NCBI RefSeq assembly: GCF_009914755.1
Contig: NC_060927.1
Length of the DNA: 64,000 nt
Strand: one strand, 5' to 3'
Source: the human T2T-CHM13v2.0 reference genome, Homo sapiens
Shown: piece by piece, positions 14,567 to 30,590 of the stretch
How positions within the stretch are numbered: the stretch's first letter is position 1
How the letters are laid out: each line of letters opens with the position of its first letter
Program-made: the position numbers and the translations under genes
Notes under the pieces: generated by a model
Seen by the model: the letters and a program-made list of their open reading frames with translations, nothing else
Told to the model about the DNA's origin: nothing
Databases searched by the model: none

Positions 14567-16270
14567 ACATATTTATTTTTAAGATACCTATCCAATATAG
14601 CCAGTTAGTCTTTGGTTAAAATGATTTGTAGAGCAATGCATTTACTGACAATATGGATAAATTTTATAGAAATTTAGGAATAAATTTCTAAGGTACGTTT
14701 TCAGTCTTTTAAATCATTGTTAACTTTTGGAGGGTTTTCTAAGAATTCATGTGATATCCATTGCTTTTGACAGCAGATACAAGACCTACAAAGGCCAACT
14801 TTTGTAATCTATACATTTATCAAAAGTATGAACAGTAATCTAAAGTGTGTATTTTTTAAAGTATGTACCCTGTGTTCATAAATTTAAATTGCTACTCATT
14901 ATGCTTTCTTTTAGATATGTCTGTTAAGATATCATTAATGTGACAGCCATAAAGAGTATGATCATGCTACAGAACAATGAGACTGTAGCAATTTACTCTT
15001 CCACTTACCTCAAGTTTGGGATGAATAAATAGTACAAAAAACCAGTTTAGGTAATTGCTTAAGGTGATATAACTAACCATATATTGGTCCAGATAAAAAG
15101 CCAAACAAAAAACAACTGAAATCTAGTGCTTGGGATTTTCTAATAATATTTTAGACTTCTAAAATGTGGGTAAGAAGAAAAAGTCATCCTGAAAACAGAG
15201 CTTGGACCCACAGCTAAGACAAGTATATCCTTCTAGTTTTGGTTGTGAGAAAGAAACTTCAGTTCTTTAGTACTCTATTTTTCCTCCTCATCTATAAAAT
15301 AAGGGTTTGTAAAAGGACCTCTGATAGCTTAATCTTCTGTTTTCTGCATCTGGAAAGCAAGGTCACAGAGATGTTGCAGGGCGCTATTTTGTACAACTGG
15401 AAACTTTCAGAATCAAGGCTGCCTGTTGAGTTTGACAAACCTCTTTTATCCTTATCAGTTCCCTTTCACACTATAAGCCCTTTAGTTTTAGGACACTGAA
15501 AAGTTATTTTGAAATTTTTCTAAGAAATAAGTAGAGTTTCTAGGTCTCAATTTTGATTTTGTTTCAAATTTAGACTTATTAAGATGGCACTGCTGTGCTT
15601 CCAGAAGGAATAATAATCTTATAAATTTATTTAGGCCAATGGCAAATTAGGAAGTCTCCTGAGAGAGTTTTAGCAAATTTCAAATGGATAAAATGGACTT
15701 CGTGTTTTCCAAATATTGATCTTCTCAGCATATCCTACCACATCACTGGACCTCTAGAAAAAAAAAGTTATCTCATAATACTTTTCTATTCCCTCCTCCC
15801 TCATAAGCAAAGTAAGCTGGAATTTAATCATCATGAAGAATTCAAAGATGGAAAAGTTGTTATGGACAGACTTGATGGATTGATGGCATGATTCATTAAT
15901 TCCATTAAATTGCAAATTACCTTAGCTCACTAATCAATGTAGACAGCATTTGCAGTGGCACTGAGATATGTTTCCTTCAGTGAAGGAAATTTTGAATTGG
16001 ATATATTTTTGACTAACGATAAATAGTAACAACTAATTCTTTGGAAATCTAGTGTAAAGCTATCAGCCTGGTCCAGCTAAAATGTATCAAGCAATAAAAC
16101 ATTAATGTCAGAATCATCCTCAGCAAAGATAAACTATTGACTATTGTCAATGGGATTATAGAGTTTTATGGGCTAAATTTTGGAAATAAAGTTTAGAGTT
16201 GGAGTATTTGTCATGTTTTGCAGAAGGAGAAAAAAATACTACACTGAACGCTTACTGCCCATCCTGGTGA

Positions 16271-16608
<338 letters not shown>

Positions 16609-17651
16609 TAAACCACTCTTTATAGCATTGATGTCCTGATCTACCTGTTACAAATGAGGCATGAACGTTAACTGATCAATAACCTGTGTTCTTTATTTGT
16701 ACCACACTGCCTCCTTCCTATTGCGATGTGTCAGGCAACCTTCACCTTTTCGTGTAGTGCTACTGTATCTGTCATATCAGCAGGTGGCTCTGATCACATT
16801 CAGAATTGAAGTAATCCTGGAGAATCTTCCTGGGTTAATTCTATTTATATCGTTTTGGGGAACAATATTTTGTTAAAACAGACATAGTTATGGCTAGAAC
16901 ATACTGTTACATACATTTTTAAGAGAGAAAAATGAACACAGCATAGAAATTTTGCTGGAGGAAGTATATTTCACACTCTGTCCCTAATTTGCCGAGAATT
17001 TCTTCGGCCCTCAGAAAAATTTAGAACAGCTTGAAATACATTGCTTGGCTTGTGGAGGGACTAATAGCTGATAGGGCTATCCAGTTTGTAAAAGAAAAAT
17101 AAAACTTGGTTCAAGGAAATACTATACTCCAACTCAATGAGGCAGAGACATTTACTCTGTAACACATGAAATGAAATCAACAAGTATTCTAGGTGCATTT
17201 TCCTCCTTTATTATACTACGTGATTGAAATCTCTTCCTGAAAACAAATGTTCTCTGGCACTCACTGCGAATGAGTGGTTACTGACTAAAGAAAACTAAAC
17301 TTAACCATATTCATGAATTATAATTTATACATCACCTTCAAAAATTTGAAGTGCTAATATACCACTCAACGTTGTAAAATATCAAATATTTTATCAAAAA
17401 TCATTACAAAATCATTGTTTGAGAGTCTCTGAGAAGCAGAAATAATCCATTATGCAAATTAAGGTGCTTAGAACATTATTCACAGATGCGTCTGCATCTG
17501 GCTGACGAACTTGATGATGCTGTGGAATGCTACATCTAGCCAGGTCTAAGTGTGTGATCTTCTGGTAAGCATGGAAAAAATGCAGCTTCTTGGAACCTTT
17601 CGCTGGTAATTTCTGATGCACCTTGTTCACTATGGAGACTAAGAATCTAGT

Positions 17652-17938
17652 GGCCAGGTAAGGTGGCTCATGCCTGTAATCCCAGCACTTCTGGAGGCCG
17701 AAGCAGGAGGCTCGCTTGAGGCCAGGGGTTCGAGACCATCCTGGCCAATATGACGAAAATCCGTCTCTACTAATAATACAAAAAATTAGCCAGGTGTGGT
17801 GGTGCGTGCCTGTAGTCCCAGCTACCCAGGAGTCTGAGGCACGAGAATCGCTTCAACCTGGGAGACGGAGGTTGCAGTGAGCCAAGATCATACCACTGCC
17901 CTCCAGCTTGAGTGACAGAGTGAGTCTCTGACTCAAAA

Positions 17939-17981
<43 letters not shown>

Positions 17982-17984
17982 AAA
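17652..17984 (+). mobile_element. Alu (AluS-type), sense, with (TAAA)n tail
   Basis: ggccaggtaaggtggctcatgcctgtaatccc...; aagaatct repeated on both flanks. Confidence 0.95.
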
Positions 17985-18011
17985 GAATCTGTATTTTAAA
18001 GAAATATCTTA

Positions 18012-18120
18012 GTGTTCACTTCGGCAGCACATATACCAAAATTGAAGCAATACAGAGAAGATTAGCATGGTCCCTGGGCCAGGATGACAGGCAAATTCAT
18101 GAAGAATTAGAAAAAAAAAA
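18012..18120 (+). pseudogene. U6 snRNA retropseudogene (RNU6-type), 3'-truncated, followed by an A tract
   Basis: gtgttcacttcggcagcacatataccaaaattgaagcaatacagagaagattagcatggtccctgggccaggatgacaggcaaattcatgaag is colinear with most of U6, with several CpG-type substitutions. It lacks the U6 3' end and has no upstream PSE/TATA, since the upstream sequence is an Alu tail. Confidence 0.93.
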
Positions 18121-18499
18121 TCCCAGATGATTCTGATGCAGGCAGTCTGAGAATCAGGCTTTGAAAAACGAGGAAAATGTTTTCTGCTGAAATTATGACT
18201 AGCGACATTCATGTGATACATTTTATTGAAATGAACCTTAGAAGAGGTCTTTGGAATTAGCCTAGATGCCATGTGCATTCTTTACTTGGTGCTCCATTCA
18301 TTTCTAAAGAAGCCTGGCACATTTTGGATTAAAGGTCATGAGTTCTAATTCTGCTTCTCCTATCTATTCAATTATGGACAATTTATGTGACAATTTCACA
18401 ACTTACTTTCTTGGACAGTAAAAATAAACATTTGGATGTTCATCTTTAGGATCCTCTGAACAATTTTTGTTATCTCTCTTTTATTATAAAAGAGAGAAA

Positions 18500-18616
18500 G
18501 AATATATATAGTTTATATATTATTAATATATATTATTTTAATTAAATAATATATATTATTATATATAATATATAAATTTGTATATATTTTAACAATATAT
18601 ATTATTTTAATTAAAA
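18500..18616. repeat. AT-rich low-complexity/palindromic tract
   Basis: Nearly pure A/T; contains taatatatattattt-taatt-aaataatatatatta. Confidence 0.85.
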
Positions 18617-18908
18617 CTTGACTGATTGCCCAATTAATAATTGAGATATAAAAAGATACCAGACATGATATCAGTCACAAGCGAAATTAGAATTGTAGAT
18701 AGTTATTTTCATACATCGCTTAGTATATCTGTTCTAATAGGAATCTTTGAATAATTTCTCATTATATGGGCAATAATAACATTGCTGTCAAACTAATTTT
18801 CATTTGAAATCTGTAGAAGAGATATTTATAAATTTATAAATTTATTTATAAAATAAATTTAAATTAAAAATGAACTTTGTAATGGAAAATGATATCAGGT
18901 ACTCTTGA

Positions 18909-19060
18909 GCAGGGTGGGCAAACCTTGGTAAATATTTCAAGCTTCACAGGCTATGTAAGTTTTCTTTGTTACCACTTCCTCCTCCTCATCCCCCTTCTCT
19001 TCCCTCTCCCCCTCCTCTTCTTTTAAAAACATTGTTAGCTCAGAGCCATACAAAAACTGA
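18909..19060. mobile_element. MER58-like hAT-Charlie remnant
   Basis: cagggtgggcaaac...gtaaatatttcaagcttcacaggc...aaaacattgttagctcagagccatacaaaaac. Confidence 0.55.
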
Positions 19061-19066
19061 TGTGAG

Positions 19067-19235
19067 CAGTGCTTATCAAACGGTATTGTGCATACAAATA
19101 CCTGATGAAGAGAGGGGAATCTTGTTAAAACGCAGATTCAGATTTCAGATATGCGGGTATGGGCCTAAGATCCTCTATTTCTAATACACCTTTGGATCAT
19201 GCTTTTGTTGCTAGTTGAGGGGCTCACACTTTAGA
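19067..19235. mobile_element. MER5-like hAT-Charlie remnant
   Basis: cagtgcttatcaaac...gaatcttgttaaaacgcagattc...gggcctaagatcctctatttctaa. Confidence 0.6.
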
Positions 19236-19904
19236 TGTCCAAAATGTTGAGGTTGAGCTGTTTCATGGCACTTCCTGTGATGAACAACCCCCACTCCCCC
19301 TTACTGTTTTGTTCTCAGTCCCCAGTGAGTTTTGCTGACAACTCAGCTTTATTTTTTGACCAAATAATGGAGTTGTTTTAGCCAATAACATAGAATACCC
19401 AGTAGTTTAGTGCTCCTTGATAATCTTAAAGGCCCAACATCTTTGGGAATATGATGAAAGCTACACCCCCAACCCCACACCACCACTACTGCCTCCCCTT
19501 TAACAATAATACTCATTTCCACACACAGTTTTAAAGATTCCAAAGACTTATGCATTGGGTCCATCGTAAAGACCACTGCTATTGTTATGTAATGTCTGAA
19601 TTTAAGAAAGCTCAGAATTAATCCCCATATTTTTAATAACATTGTAAAACTTAGATTGTAAAGCTGTATTTTTGTATATCTATGTCTATCTTTCTAATCT
19701 ATCTTTCTCTCTCTCTCTCTAATCTATCTATCTGGGTGGTGAGACCTTTAAAGTTCACTTTATGTCCTAATTATCTATTGCAGGCCTGATGATTTCATTA
19801 GAACCTAAGATTATAAATGAAGAAAACAGCGTTAACTGTTGTTAGGAGTGAGCACAAATTGTTACACACCTTTTATTAAACTTGTTCACAGTGCTCTTTT
19901 ATCT

Positions 19905-21110
19905 ATCAAATTTTTAAAAATTGCTGGAGATATAATTCATATTCCACAAAATTTACCCAAAGTATAAAATATAATAATCTTTATTACATTCACAGAGTAA
20001 TGCAACCATCACTGTAATTAATTTTAGAATATTTTCATCATCCCTAAAGAAATCCCATCCCCATTGGCAGCACTTGCCCAGACCCCCTTCATTCCCCACT
20101 TCCATACCCCAGCCCTAGGCCAGCATTGATCTACATTCTATGTCCGTGGATTTTCCTTCTCTGGACATGTCATATAAATGGAATCGTACAATATATGGTC
20201 CATTGCAACTAGCTCCTTTCACTTATATTTTCAAAGTTCATCTATGTTGTAGCATGTATTATTAATACTTCATTTTTAAGGCTGAATAATATTCCATTAT
20301 ATGGATATGGCACATTTTATTTATCCATTCATCATGGATATTTATGCTGTTGATTCTTTCTTTGTTATCCATTCAGTTGGTAGACATTTGGGTTGTTTCT
20401 ACTTTTTTGACTATTGTGAATAATACTGCTATGAATATTCATGAGTAAGTTTTGTGTGGATGTATGGTTTCATTCTGGGGTGATATATATCTAGGAGTGA
20501 AATTGCTGGGTCGTATGGCAACTACATGTTTGACATTTTGAGGAACTTCCAGATTGTTTTCCAAAGTGACTGTATGATTTAAATTCACACTAGCAATGGA
20601 TGAGGCTTTCAGTTTTTCCAAACCCTTGACAATACTTGTTATTTTACATTGCTTTGATTATATATGTCCTAGTGGGTGTGAAGTGTATTTCATTGTAGTT
20701 TCGATTTGCATTTTTCTAATAGCTAATGATGTTGAGTATCTCTTTATGTGGTTATGGCTATTTGTCTAACTTCTCTGTCAAATTTGTTTAACTACTTATT
20801 CTAATCCTTTGCCTATTTTAAAATTTGATTATTTATATTTTTATTGAGTTATGAGTTCTTTATATATTCTAGATACAAATCCATTATTGGGTATATGATT
20901 TGCAGATTATTTTTCTGATTCTGTGGGTAGTATTCTTTCAAGCACAAGTATTTAAAAATTTTATAACATCCAGTTTATCTCTTTTTTTCTTTTGTTGCTT
21001 ATGCTTTTGGTATCATATCCAAGAAGCCATCACCTAATTCAAAATCATAAAAAACTTGCCTCTATAATTTCTTGTAATCATTTCATAGTTTTACTTTTTA
21101 TATTTAGGTT
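19905..21110 (-). mobile_element. Old L1 (L1MB-like) 3' region, antisense
   Basis: ttcatattccacaaaatttaccc...ctggacatgtcatataaatggaatcgtacaatat...ctaggagtgaaattgctgggtcgtatgg...tttggtatcatatccaagaa. Confidence 0.85.
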
Positions 21111-22349
21111 GTAGATGTTCTTTGATGTTTTTATTAAAGTAGGAGTAAAATTACAAGAAGAGTGTCCTGATATGACAGTACTATAATCTTTATGTAACAT
21201 AGTTTACATATATTGTAATGATAAATGAGTAAAATTCTTCGTGTGCTCATTGGACATACTGGAGTTTAATTTTATTGCTAAATAGCTTAGCTATTTTTTC
21301 ACTTTTTCTTTTATAAATCAATTATTTTATATTTTATTTAGTAAGTATTAGCATATTTCAGGTCTTATTCAGCCCTTATCCAGGCCTACTGCCTAATAAG
21401 TTAGTGCACAAGTTGATATAGTAAATAGCACCCTAGTAGCTATTTACTTGCTTACTTTTAATAGTAGAACAGTTTTGCAGTAGGGAGAATGTAGGTTACT
21501 GTGCATAGGGAGATTCATGGAGAACAAAGGGGCTATCTAAACAGATGATTGTAACCTACTATATGCCTGTTACATGAAAAGTGACATAAAACTCTTGATG
21601 TATTTTAAGATCAGAGTCTACAGCTATGTGTCCAGACCTTTACATTGAGAATATGTTTCTGATTTGCAACCTACTTCTATTCAGCCACTCATGTTTAAAT
21701 ACTTTGGGGTCTTTCTTGATTATGAATTTAAAAATTCATTGTTACTTTTGTATTCTGTAAATTCCTCATTGCTTTAAGACCCAGTACTCATGATCTATAT
21801 CCTTTATTATTGTGATGTATACTGTAATTACCTATCTAGATGCTTTGGATCTCTTTAGTTTTTTTTTTAAAGTTCTGACCTGTGAACAGTAAATTACTCT
21901 TTTGCTTTAGATATCTAACACTTGTAATGTATACATTCTTTTTTGGTCTGATGTGATTAAAAAAATAGCAACTTTTAAGAGTTATTCCTCTTCAAAAAAA
22001 TAAAGTTCATTTAAGACTAAATTAAATTCCCTTTAATACATTAAAACATGTATTTTCAATTAATACTGAGAGTGAACTGAGGTAACATTGACAAGTAAAT
22101 ATTACTGCTATCTGTTGAAGAGAAATGTGCTCATATTAGGTGATTGGTTGGAAAATCTTATATAAGAGCAAACTTTTAAGAAGTGCTTATCTATATAATC
22201 ATTATGTCCCCATATATGGTGATTCCTCTCAGCATCTCCTTTTTATTTGCTTGGAGCAGCTGGTAGAACATTTTCATGAATAATGGTAATTGATACCATA
22301 TAAATGAAAAATATTCAAAATAACACATTATGCAAAAATTTGATTGTGA

Positions 22350-22891
<542 letters not shown>

Positions 22892-23384
22892 TGAACTATT
22901 TAAGTAAATCACAACTGTCTTCGTGTCTCCGTTGCTATCCCTTATTGATAATACAGACTACAAGTATCTTTCGATTGTACAGACAGTCATGTCACTGCCC
23001 CCTTAAAAATCTGTGAGCCGTGTAAAAGAATAGTCATACCCCTGAGCATGGCACAAAGCCTTGTCTCAGGCTCCAAGACTGTCTTAAACCTTTTCTTGCT
23101 GTATCAGCTTCCTTCCTGATTATGAAATGTACCATGCACGTAACTGTCATTTCCTTGTCCTTTTGCTGATGGTATCTCTTGGCATGATGCTTTTTTCTTT
23201 TAGTTGTCATTTTTCATTCTTTACGGCTCAATCTAAATGTAATTTTTTTCGGGGAAGGGATCTCTTATTATGCTTAATTTAGGGTTAACTTTTACTTTTT
23301 TTCTTTCTGCCTATAGTGCATTTCTTATATACCTCTATGCAGCGTATTGCATTTTAACATACGGATTTATACTTGAGCTCTTCA

Positions 23385-23570
23385 GTCAAACACACCTGAG
23401 TTCAAAATCCTGCCTCTGCTGCTTGCCTCATCTACATTTCTGGGCAACTGACATCATTTCCTAAGCTTTTGCCTCATCTGTTAAATGCAGATAATATTTG
23501 TACATAATTTACAGGTCTCTTTTTGTGTTAGTCTGATAACATATTGGCAGCACATTAAATGCTATCTATG
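23385..23570 (+). mobile_element. MIR remnant
   Basis: cacctgagttcaaaatcctgcctctgctgcttgc...ctgggcaactgac...cctcatctgttaaatgcagataata. Confidence 0.6.
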
Positions 23571-23808
23571 TGTGTCTTCTAGCTACTTGCTGACGTGGCT
23601 TTCTTCCCCAGTGTATAATAAGCAATCTGAGGACAGGAAATTAGTCTTACTCATCTTAGTACCCATGCTGATCCCAGAAGAACAAGAAAGTCTCTTGTTC
23701 TCTTTTACTTTTGCTTGTCATGATTCATGGAACACATTAAACCTAACTCCTTTGAGTTAACATATTAATTTATTGGTATCGCCCTATCCTGCAAAGGAAT
23801 TGAGATGA

Positions 23809-24288
<480 letters not shown>

Positions 24289-24508
24289 TGAACATAATGA
24301 ACCTCATGTGCACATTTACTTTTATTTATTTCAAGTAAGTTTTGATGTGTTCCCATAGACGCTGAAACCTAAAGAATCAATCAACACACTGCATAATTTT
24401 ACTTGGTCTTCTTCAGAGAAGTCTGGTCAAGATAGTATCAAGCCAGGGTGTTGTAGTAAGTTTGTTTATATGAAATCAAGATGACCAATATGTTATTATA
24501 AGAAAGCA

Positions 24509-25368
<860 letters not shown>

Positions 25369-26599
25369 TAACTCCAATAGGAAAAGACTAGGAGAATCCT
25401 AAGACCCATATTTTTTATTTTTTGTGAAGTGCCTTGAGCTATGAGCAGTAGGACTTTAGTTAACAATGGGATTTTGTACTGGCCACCAAATAGTTTTATT
25501 TTTATAAAATGATACTTCAAAAAGCCCTCAAATTAAATGCAATTTGAAATACACACACAAAAATTCAAGAATGCAAATATCCATACCTGTTCCATTTTTG
25601 TTTTGAAATATCTAATTTTGGAAACTTTTCAAACATATTGAAATACCTCAATACCAAATTTTATTGATTTTTTTCCCCCAACAGACCCTTTTATGGTGAA
25701 TATGACTGGCATTATTCTCCCATTTTCAAGATAAAGAAAATGATGCCCAAAAAGTTTAGGTGACCAAGATTCAGACAATAAATTAATGGGGATGCTAGAC
25801 CAGGTCCTGAATCTTCTAATTTTTATTTTTAGGGAATTGTGTCATATTTGAAGAAACACTCTAAATGAAATCTGGTCTATTTTAAATATATAAAAATTAA
25901 GAAATTTTAATTTTTCATTTTTAAAATTCTATCTACTCAGCAGCAAATAAGGTGTTTAAATCCTTAACAAAATTTTACTTTTCAAAATTAAAGTATATAA
26001 AAATTGACCTGTCATTTTGTTGTTTCATCTAAAAGAATTGCTTTCTTTTCTAATTGCGTCATTAATAATGAATCAAACTGTTCTGGTGGGAATATTTTAA
26101 ACCATGATTTTTGTGTGTGTGTGTAATGTGACAGTAATTTTTTTTATTTTGAAGTAAATGAGCTTTAAGAAATACTTGAATTACTCATGACCTAGAGAGG
26201 AAAACAAGAAGGCTTGCAAATTGGATTAGGGAGTGAATAAAATCCCTTTTTCTAATGCCATGTCAACAGTTCATTCCATTTGAGGCATCACAAGGTCAAA
26301 TAATATTCATTTATATGTTGCTCATCTCTTTCCATTCGCTCATCAGTCTTCTATCTTTCCTTATGTGTTTCATAAAACATATTAATATGGAAATTTGGGT
26401 TAAAGCATTGTGATTTTTCAGTACCTATTGGTAACTAATATGTATTTTCATAAAATGACAGAGGAACAGCTGTAGAGGAACAACTTCAGATTATGTTAAA
26501 TTGGCCTTCATATTTTAGAAAACTCAACATAAATACTCATTGTGGTGCATTCACTTAGTTTATTAATAGAAGGCGGATATCCACTGAAAGAGGTGTTAA

Positions 26600-27660
26600 G
26601 GAATAGCAATGAAGACACATTCCAATGTATTCTCAAAGAGCTCACATTCTAGTTGGGATGACAAACATGTAAATAAAGAGTTACTATAATAAATTAAATA
26701 TAAAAACAATAAAGCCTATTATAAAGACATGTAAAAATACTACGCAAATCCGGAGGGAAGACATTTAATTCTTCCTAGATAGGTAAGCTTAAGAAATGAT
26801 TCTAAGAGGATACATTACTTTCACAGTGATTTAAGGTCATTTAAGAATGTCCCAGGTGGAAATTGAAGTGAAAGACCATCCAGGTAGAAAGAATGGAAGC
26901 TTAAATGAACGCTGTGTATTCGGAGAACTGCCAGGTGTCTGGATATGAGGTTGAGAGCAGAGTAAATTGGAAAGGTAGGCATGTGCTGAATAAAAATCTA
27001 AGCTATTTTGTTATGAGAAAAGAGAATCTTTGAAAGAGAATTGAAGATTGCATTAAAGGTATGATGATTGAAGTCAGAGAGGCATTAAGTAGCTGTCAAA
27101 TAATTCAGAAAAGAGTTGATGCTAGATTCTGAACTGAACATAGCAGTGAAGATTGAAAGGAGGAAACAGCTTGAAACATATTTAGGAATTATAAACTATG
27201 TGACATGATCAATGAGAAGTAGAGGATGATTACTAGATTTGTTTTGTTTTGTTTTGTTTTTGGTTAAGTGACTGGGTATATAGTGCTACCATCCATAGAG
27301 GTGAAGGGCAGGTACAGGAGAAATAACTCTAGGGAACAGAACAGTATGGTAAACGTTAGCTGTATTGTTTGACATCCCAATGAAATAGTAAGCTTAAAAT
27401 ATCTCAAGTTTCATTAAAGAAACAGCTTCTTCTAGAGTTGAGGGGAGAGGTCTTTCTGAGATAGGTGTTGAAGCCATGGAAGTATATAGAAGTAGATGTG
27501 ATTTCCAGGCAGGCTGTGTTCAGGGAGCAGTTAATAAGGGCTGAGTCCAATTCCAGTGCTTAGAACAGTAATATTTAGTGGTGGTCAAGGCAAGAAATGC
27601 TCATGCAAAAGGATCAGTCTCAGGAGAGGTATCAGAGTGATAGAATATGGGCAGTGAAGT
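26600..27660 (+). mobile_element. Degenerate L2 fragment
   Basis: tctcaaagagctcacattctagttgggatgacaaacatgtaaa... followed by purine-rich L2-like text. Confidence 0.55.
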
Positions 27661-27703
27661 GGCAAGAATAATCAAGGAATACATTAAAAAATAATAAAAT
27701 TGG

Positions 27704-27996
27704 GGCCAGGTGTGTTGGTTCACACCTGTAATCCCAGCACTTTGGGAGGCCCAGGTGGGTGGATCACTTGAGGCCAGGAGTTTGAGACCAGCCTGGGCAA
27801 CATGGTGAAACCCCGACTCTACTAAAAATACAAAACGTAGCCAGGTGTGGTGGCTGGCACCTGTAATCCCAACTACTCAGGAGGCTGAGGCAGGAGAATC
27901 ACTCGAACCCAGGAGGCAGAGGTGGCAGTGAGCTGGGATTGTGCCAATGCACTCCAGACTGGGCGACAGAGTGAAACCCTATCTCAAACAAACAAA
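27704..27996 (+). mobile_element. Alu (AluS-type), sense
   Basis: ggccaggtgtgttggttcacacctgtaatccc...gcactccagactgggcgacagag. Confidence 0.95.
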
Positions 27997-28179
27997 CCAC
28001 AAGAGTACTAAACATGGTTGACACGATGCAAATCCCAAATGATGATCAAATAAACAGTACCTGTGGGCTCCAGTGATGGGGACAGAACAGCTGAAGAGCG
28101 AGTAGTGGTGGGATGGAAGTAGCAAATGCTGCCGGGTCTTTCCTAGAATGGAGCTCTGAATGGAGCATGGAGAATTAGA

Positions 28180-28414
28180 GCAGGGTACCTCAACCTCTGC
28201 ATTACTGACATTTGGGATCAGAAAATTATTTAGTGTGTGTGTGTGTGTTGCGTGGGTGGGTGGATTGTGCTAGGCATTGTAAGATGTTTAGACATACCTC
28301 TGGCGTTTGTTCACAAGGTGCCAATGGGATTCTCCCTAGCCCTGTTGAGACAAACAGTATGTCTCCAGACATTGGAAATATTCCTCAGGAGAGAAAGTCA
28401 GTTGAGAACCACTG
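28180..28414 (-). mobile_element. MER20 hAT-Charlie element
   Basis: cagggtacctcaacctctgcattactgacatttggg...tgtctccagacattg...gttgagaaccactg matches the reverse complement of MER20, with terminal inverted repeats. Confidence 0.75.
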
Positions 28415-29984
28415 ACCTAGATGTACCTAAGTAGTCAAGAATGTATTGATATGTAGGACATAAACATGTCACAACTTTTATCATAAAATGATTATTGATT
28501 AAAAATATGGAATTTTTTTTACTATTTTTTATTCACATTAGTTGTCATTTTTAATTTCAAAAATGTTCGATTCTACTATGATACGAAATGTGGAATGTTA
28601 TTGATAACCATCTGTCTTGACTGATTTTTTGGAAGTCAGCCAGTTCTTTACCATACTGCATTCATTTTGGTGTTTGTTTTCCTTTAATACATGCTTCACC
28701 TTTATGTTCTGGAACAATACAGCAGAGGGAAAAAAATTCAGGACCAATCATTGCAATGAATCACCTCAAATTTGCTTTTATTTTTTTCTTAGTTTGCAAA
28801 AAAAAAAAAAAAAAATAGCTATCCAGAAAGTGTTTTTTGAGTCACTTGACCTCAAAAATAATCTCTAGGCAAAAAATGTTTTTTAAATAGTTAGAAAACA
28901 GTTGCAGAGTTAATAAGCAAGAGGCCTGGTAGTCAAAAAGCTAATACATAGTTTTCCAATGGGACCACCAGGAGAGCCATGGTGTAGCTGGTGCAGATAA
29001 AGTTTCCGTTCTGAACACTGGCGCTCCCTGTTTATGGAGCAGAAGGAGCACAGGGGGTCCTCACAGAGATTGTAGCTGCCTGTGATGCAGCTGAGTCAGT
29101 GGCAGCCTCTAGAGATGGCAGCTGTAGCCCCAGGTGGCAAATAGATGACAGCAGCTTGATCTATCGACCAGGGTAAGAGGGGGTTCTGGCCTAAATGAAA
29201 ATTCATGAAAAATTGATGAAGTCCCCAGATTATTTTTTCCGTTTCCTTTTCTCAGCACTGTGCCAGTGCAGAGAGTAGAGATTAAATGAGGTGCTGAACG
29301 CTTTAGTGGCAAGGAGGTTGTGGTTCAAAGGTCAGGGGTCACATAGAAACCAATCTTTTTTTTTTTTTTCTTTTTTCTTACTGCTAAAGCAAAACACAAG
29401 AAACTTTTCAGATTAGCTGTGATTTACCTTTGCTTTGATAAATAAAATGACTACATGTTCAAAAGTTGGCTTTTGATGCAGTTACAAGAGAGAACAGATG
29501 TGATTCATAATTCAAGTATGGAACTGGAAATAGATTGAATTCCATGACTTCAGGATGATTATTTTTTCTTTTTCTCTTATTTTTTGTCTTCTGTATGAAG
29601 ACTCATGCTGTATGAAAGTCATTTAGAGAAGAAGAAGGTCTTGCATTATTTATAGGGTTACAGATTGCGAGAATAGCAAAGCTATGGAACACTGTCCAAA
29701 CATAATGCTCCTGTTTGCTTAAATAGAAAATTAAATTGATGGTTTATCTGTACAAAGAAGAGAGGCTACAGAAGTAGACTGACTTTAGTATGAGAGGGCA
29801 CAGGTGGCACTGAAAATGAAGACAAGGTAAAGAGCTTCCTTGATCTCCTCAAGTTAATAAATATGTAAATGTTTGTTTTTTATTTTATTTTGGCTGTAAA
29901 TGCATCTTATCTAGGCAAAATACCTTTACACATCATAAAGACACAAGATAAATTAAATTGCAAAAAGATCAATCCATAGAGAGC

Positions 29985-30590
29985 TTTTTAAAAAAAATGC
30001 TTAATTGAGATATATTTAACATACCATATCATTTACTCATTTAATATATACAAGCAATGTTTTTGGTGTATTCATGGGGTTGTGCAATGAACACTATAAT
30101 CAAATTTAGAACATTTTCCTCAATCCTAAAATAAACTCTATACCCATTAGAACTCAGTTCCCATTCCTGCACCCTCTCACCCCAGCCCTAAGTAAATGCT
30201 AATCTACTTTCTATAGCTATACATTTTCCTATTCTGGACATTTCATATGTTAGAATCATACAATATATTGTCTTGTGTGACTATAATAGCATCTTTTCCT
30301 TAACATTAATGTTTTCAAGGATCCTGTTTGTTTAGCATGTATTAGTACTTTATTCTTCATTATTGCTCAATAATATTTCATGGTATCAACATAACCACTT
30401 TTTATTTATCCATTCATTGTATGATAGACATTTGCATTACTCCCACTTTTTTTCTGCTATGAACAATGTTGCTATGGAAATTTTGGTACACATTTTTGTG
30501 TGCACATATGGTTTCATTTGGGTATTCTCATAAGTTTATGCCTAAGAGTAGAATTGTCGAGTCATATGGTAACTGTTTAACTTTTTGAAG
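29985..30590 (-). mobile_element. Old L1 (L1MB-like) 3' end, antisense
   Basis: gcttaattgagatatatttaacataccata...tattctggacatttcatat...gagtagaattgtcgagtcatatggtaac. Confidence 0.85.

Noticed and set aside
18012-18120. Functional U6 snRNA gene
   Set aside because: Multiple substitutions, missing 3' end, A tail and no upstream PSE/TATA promoter.
18524-18558. 15-bp-arm AT hairpin as a terminator or structured RNA
   Set aside because: Expected by chance inside an almost pure A/T low-complexity tract.
26765-26790. TAG|GTAAGC recursive-site-like motif
   Set aside because: It lies in a degenerate L2, has a short pyrimidine tract and has a competing AG just upstream.
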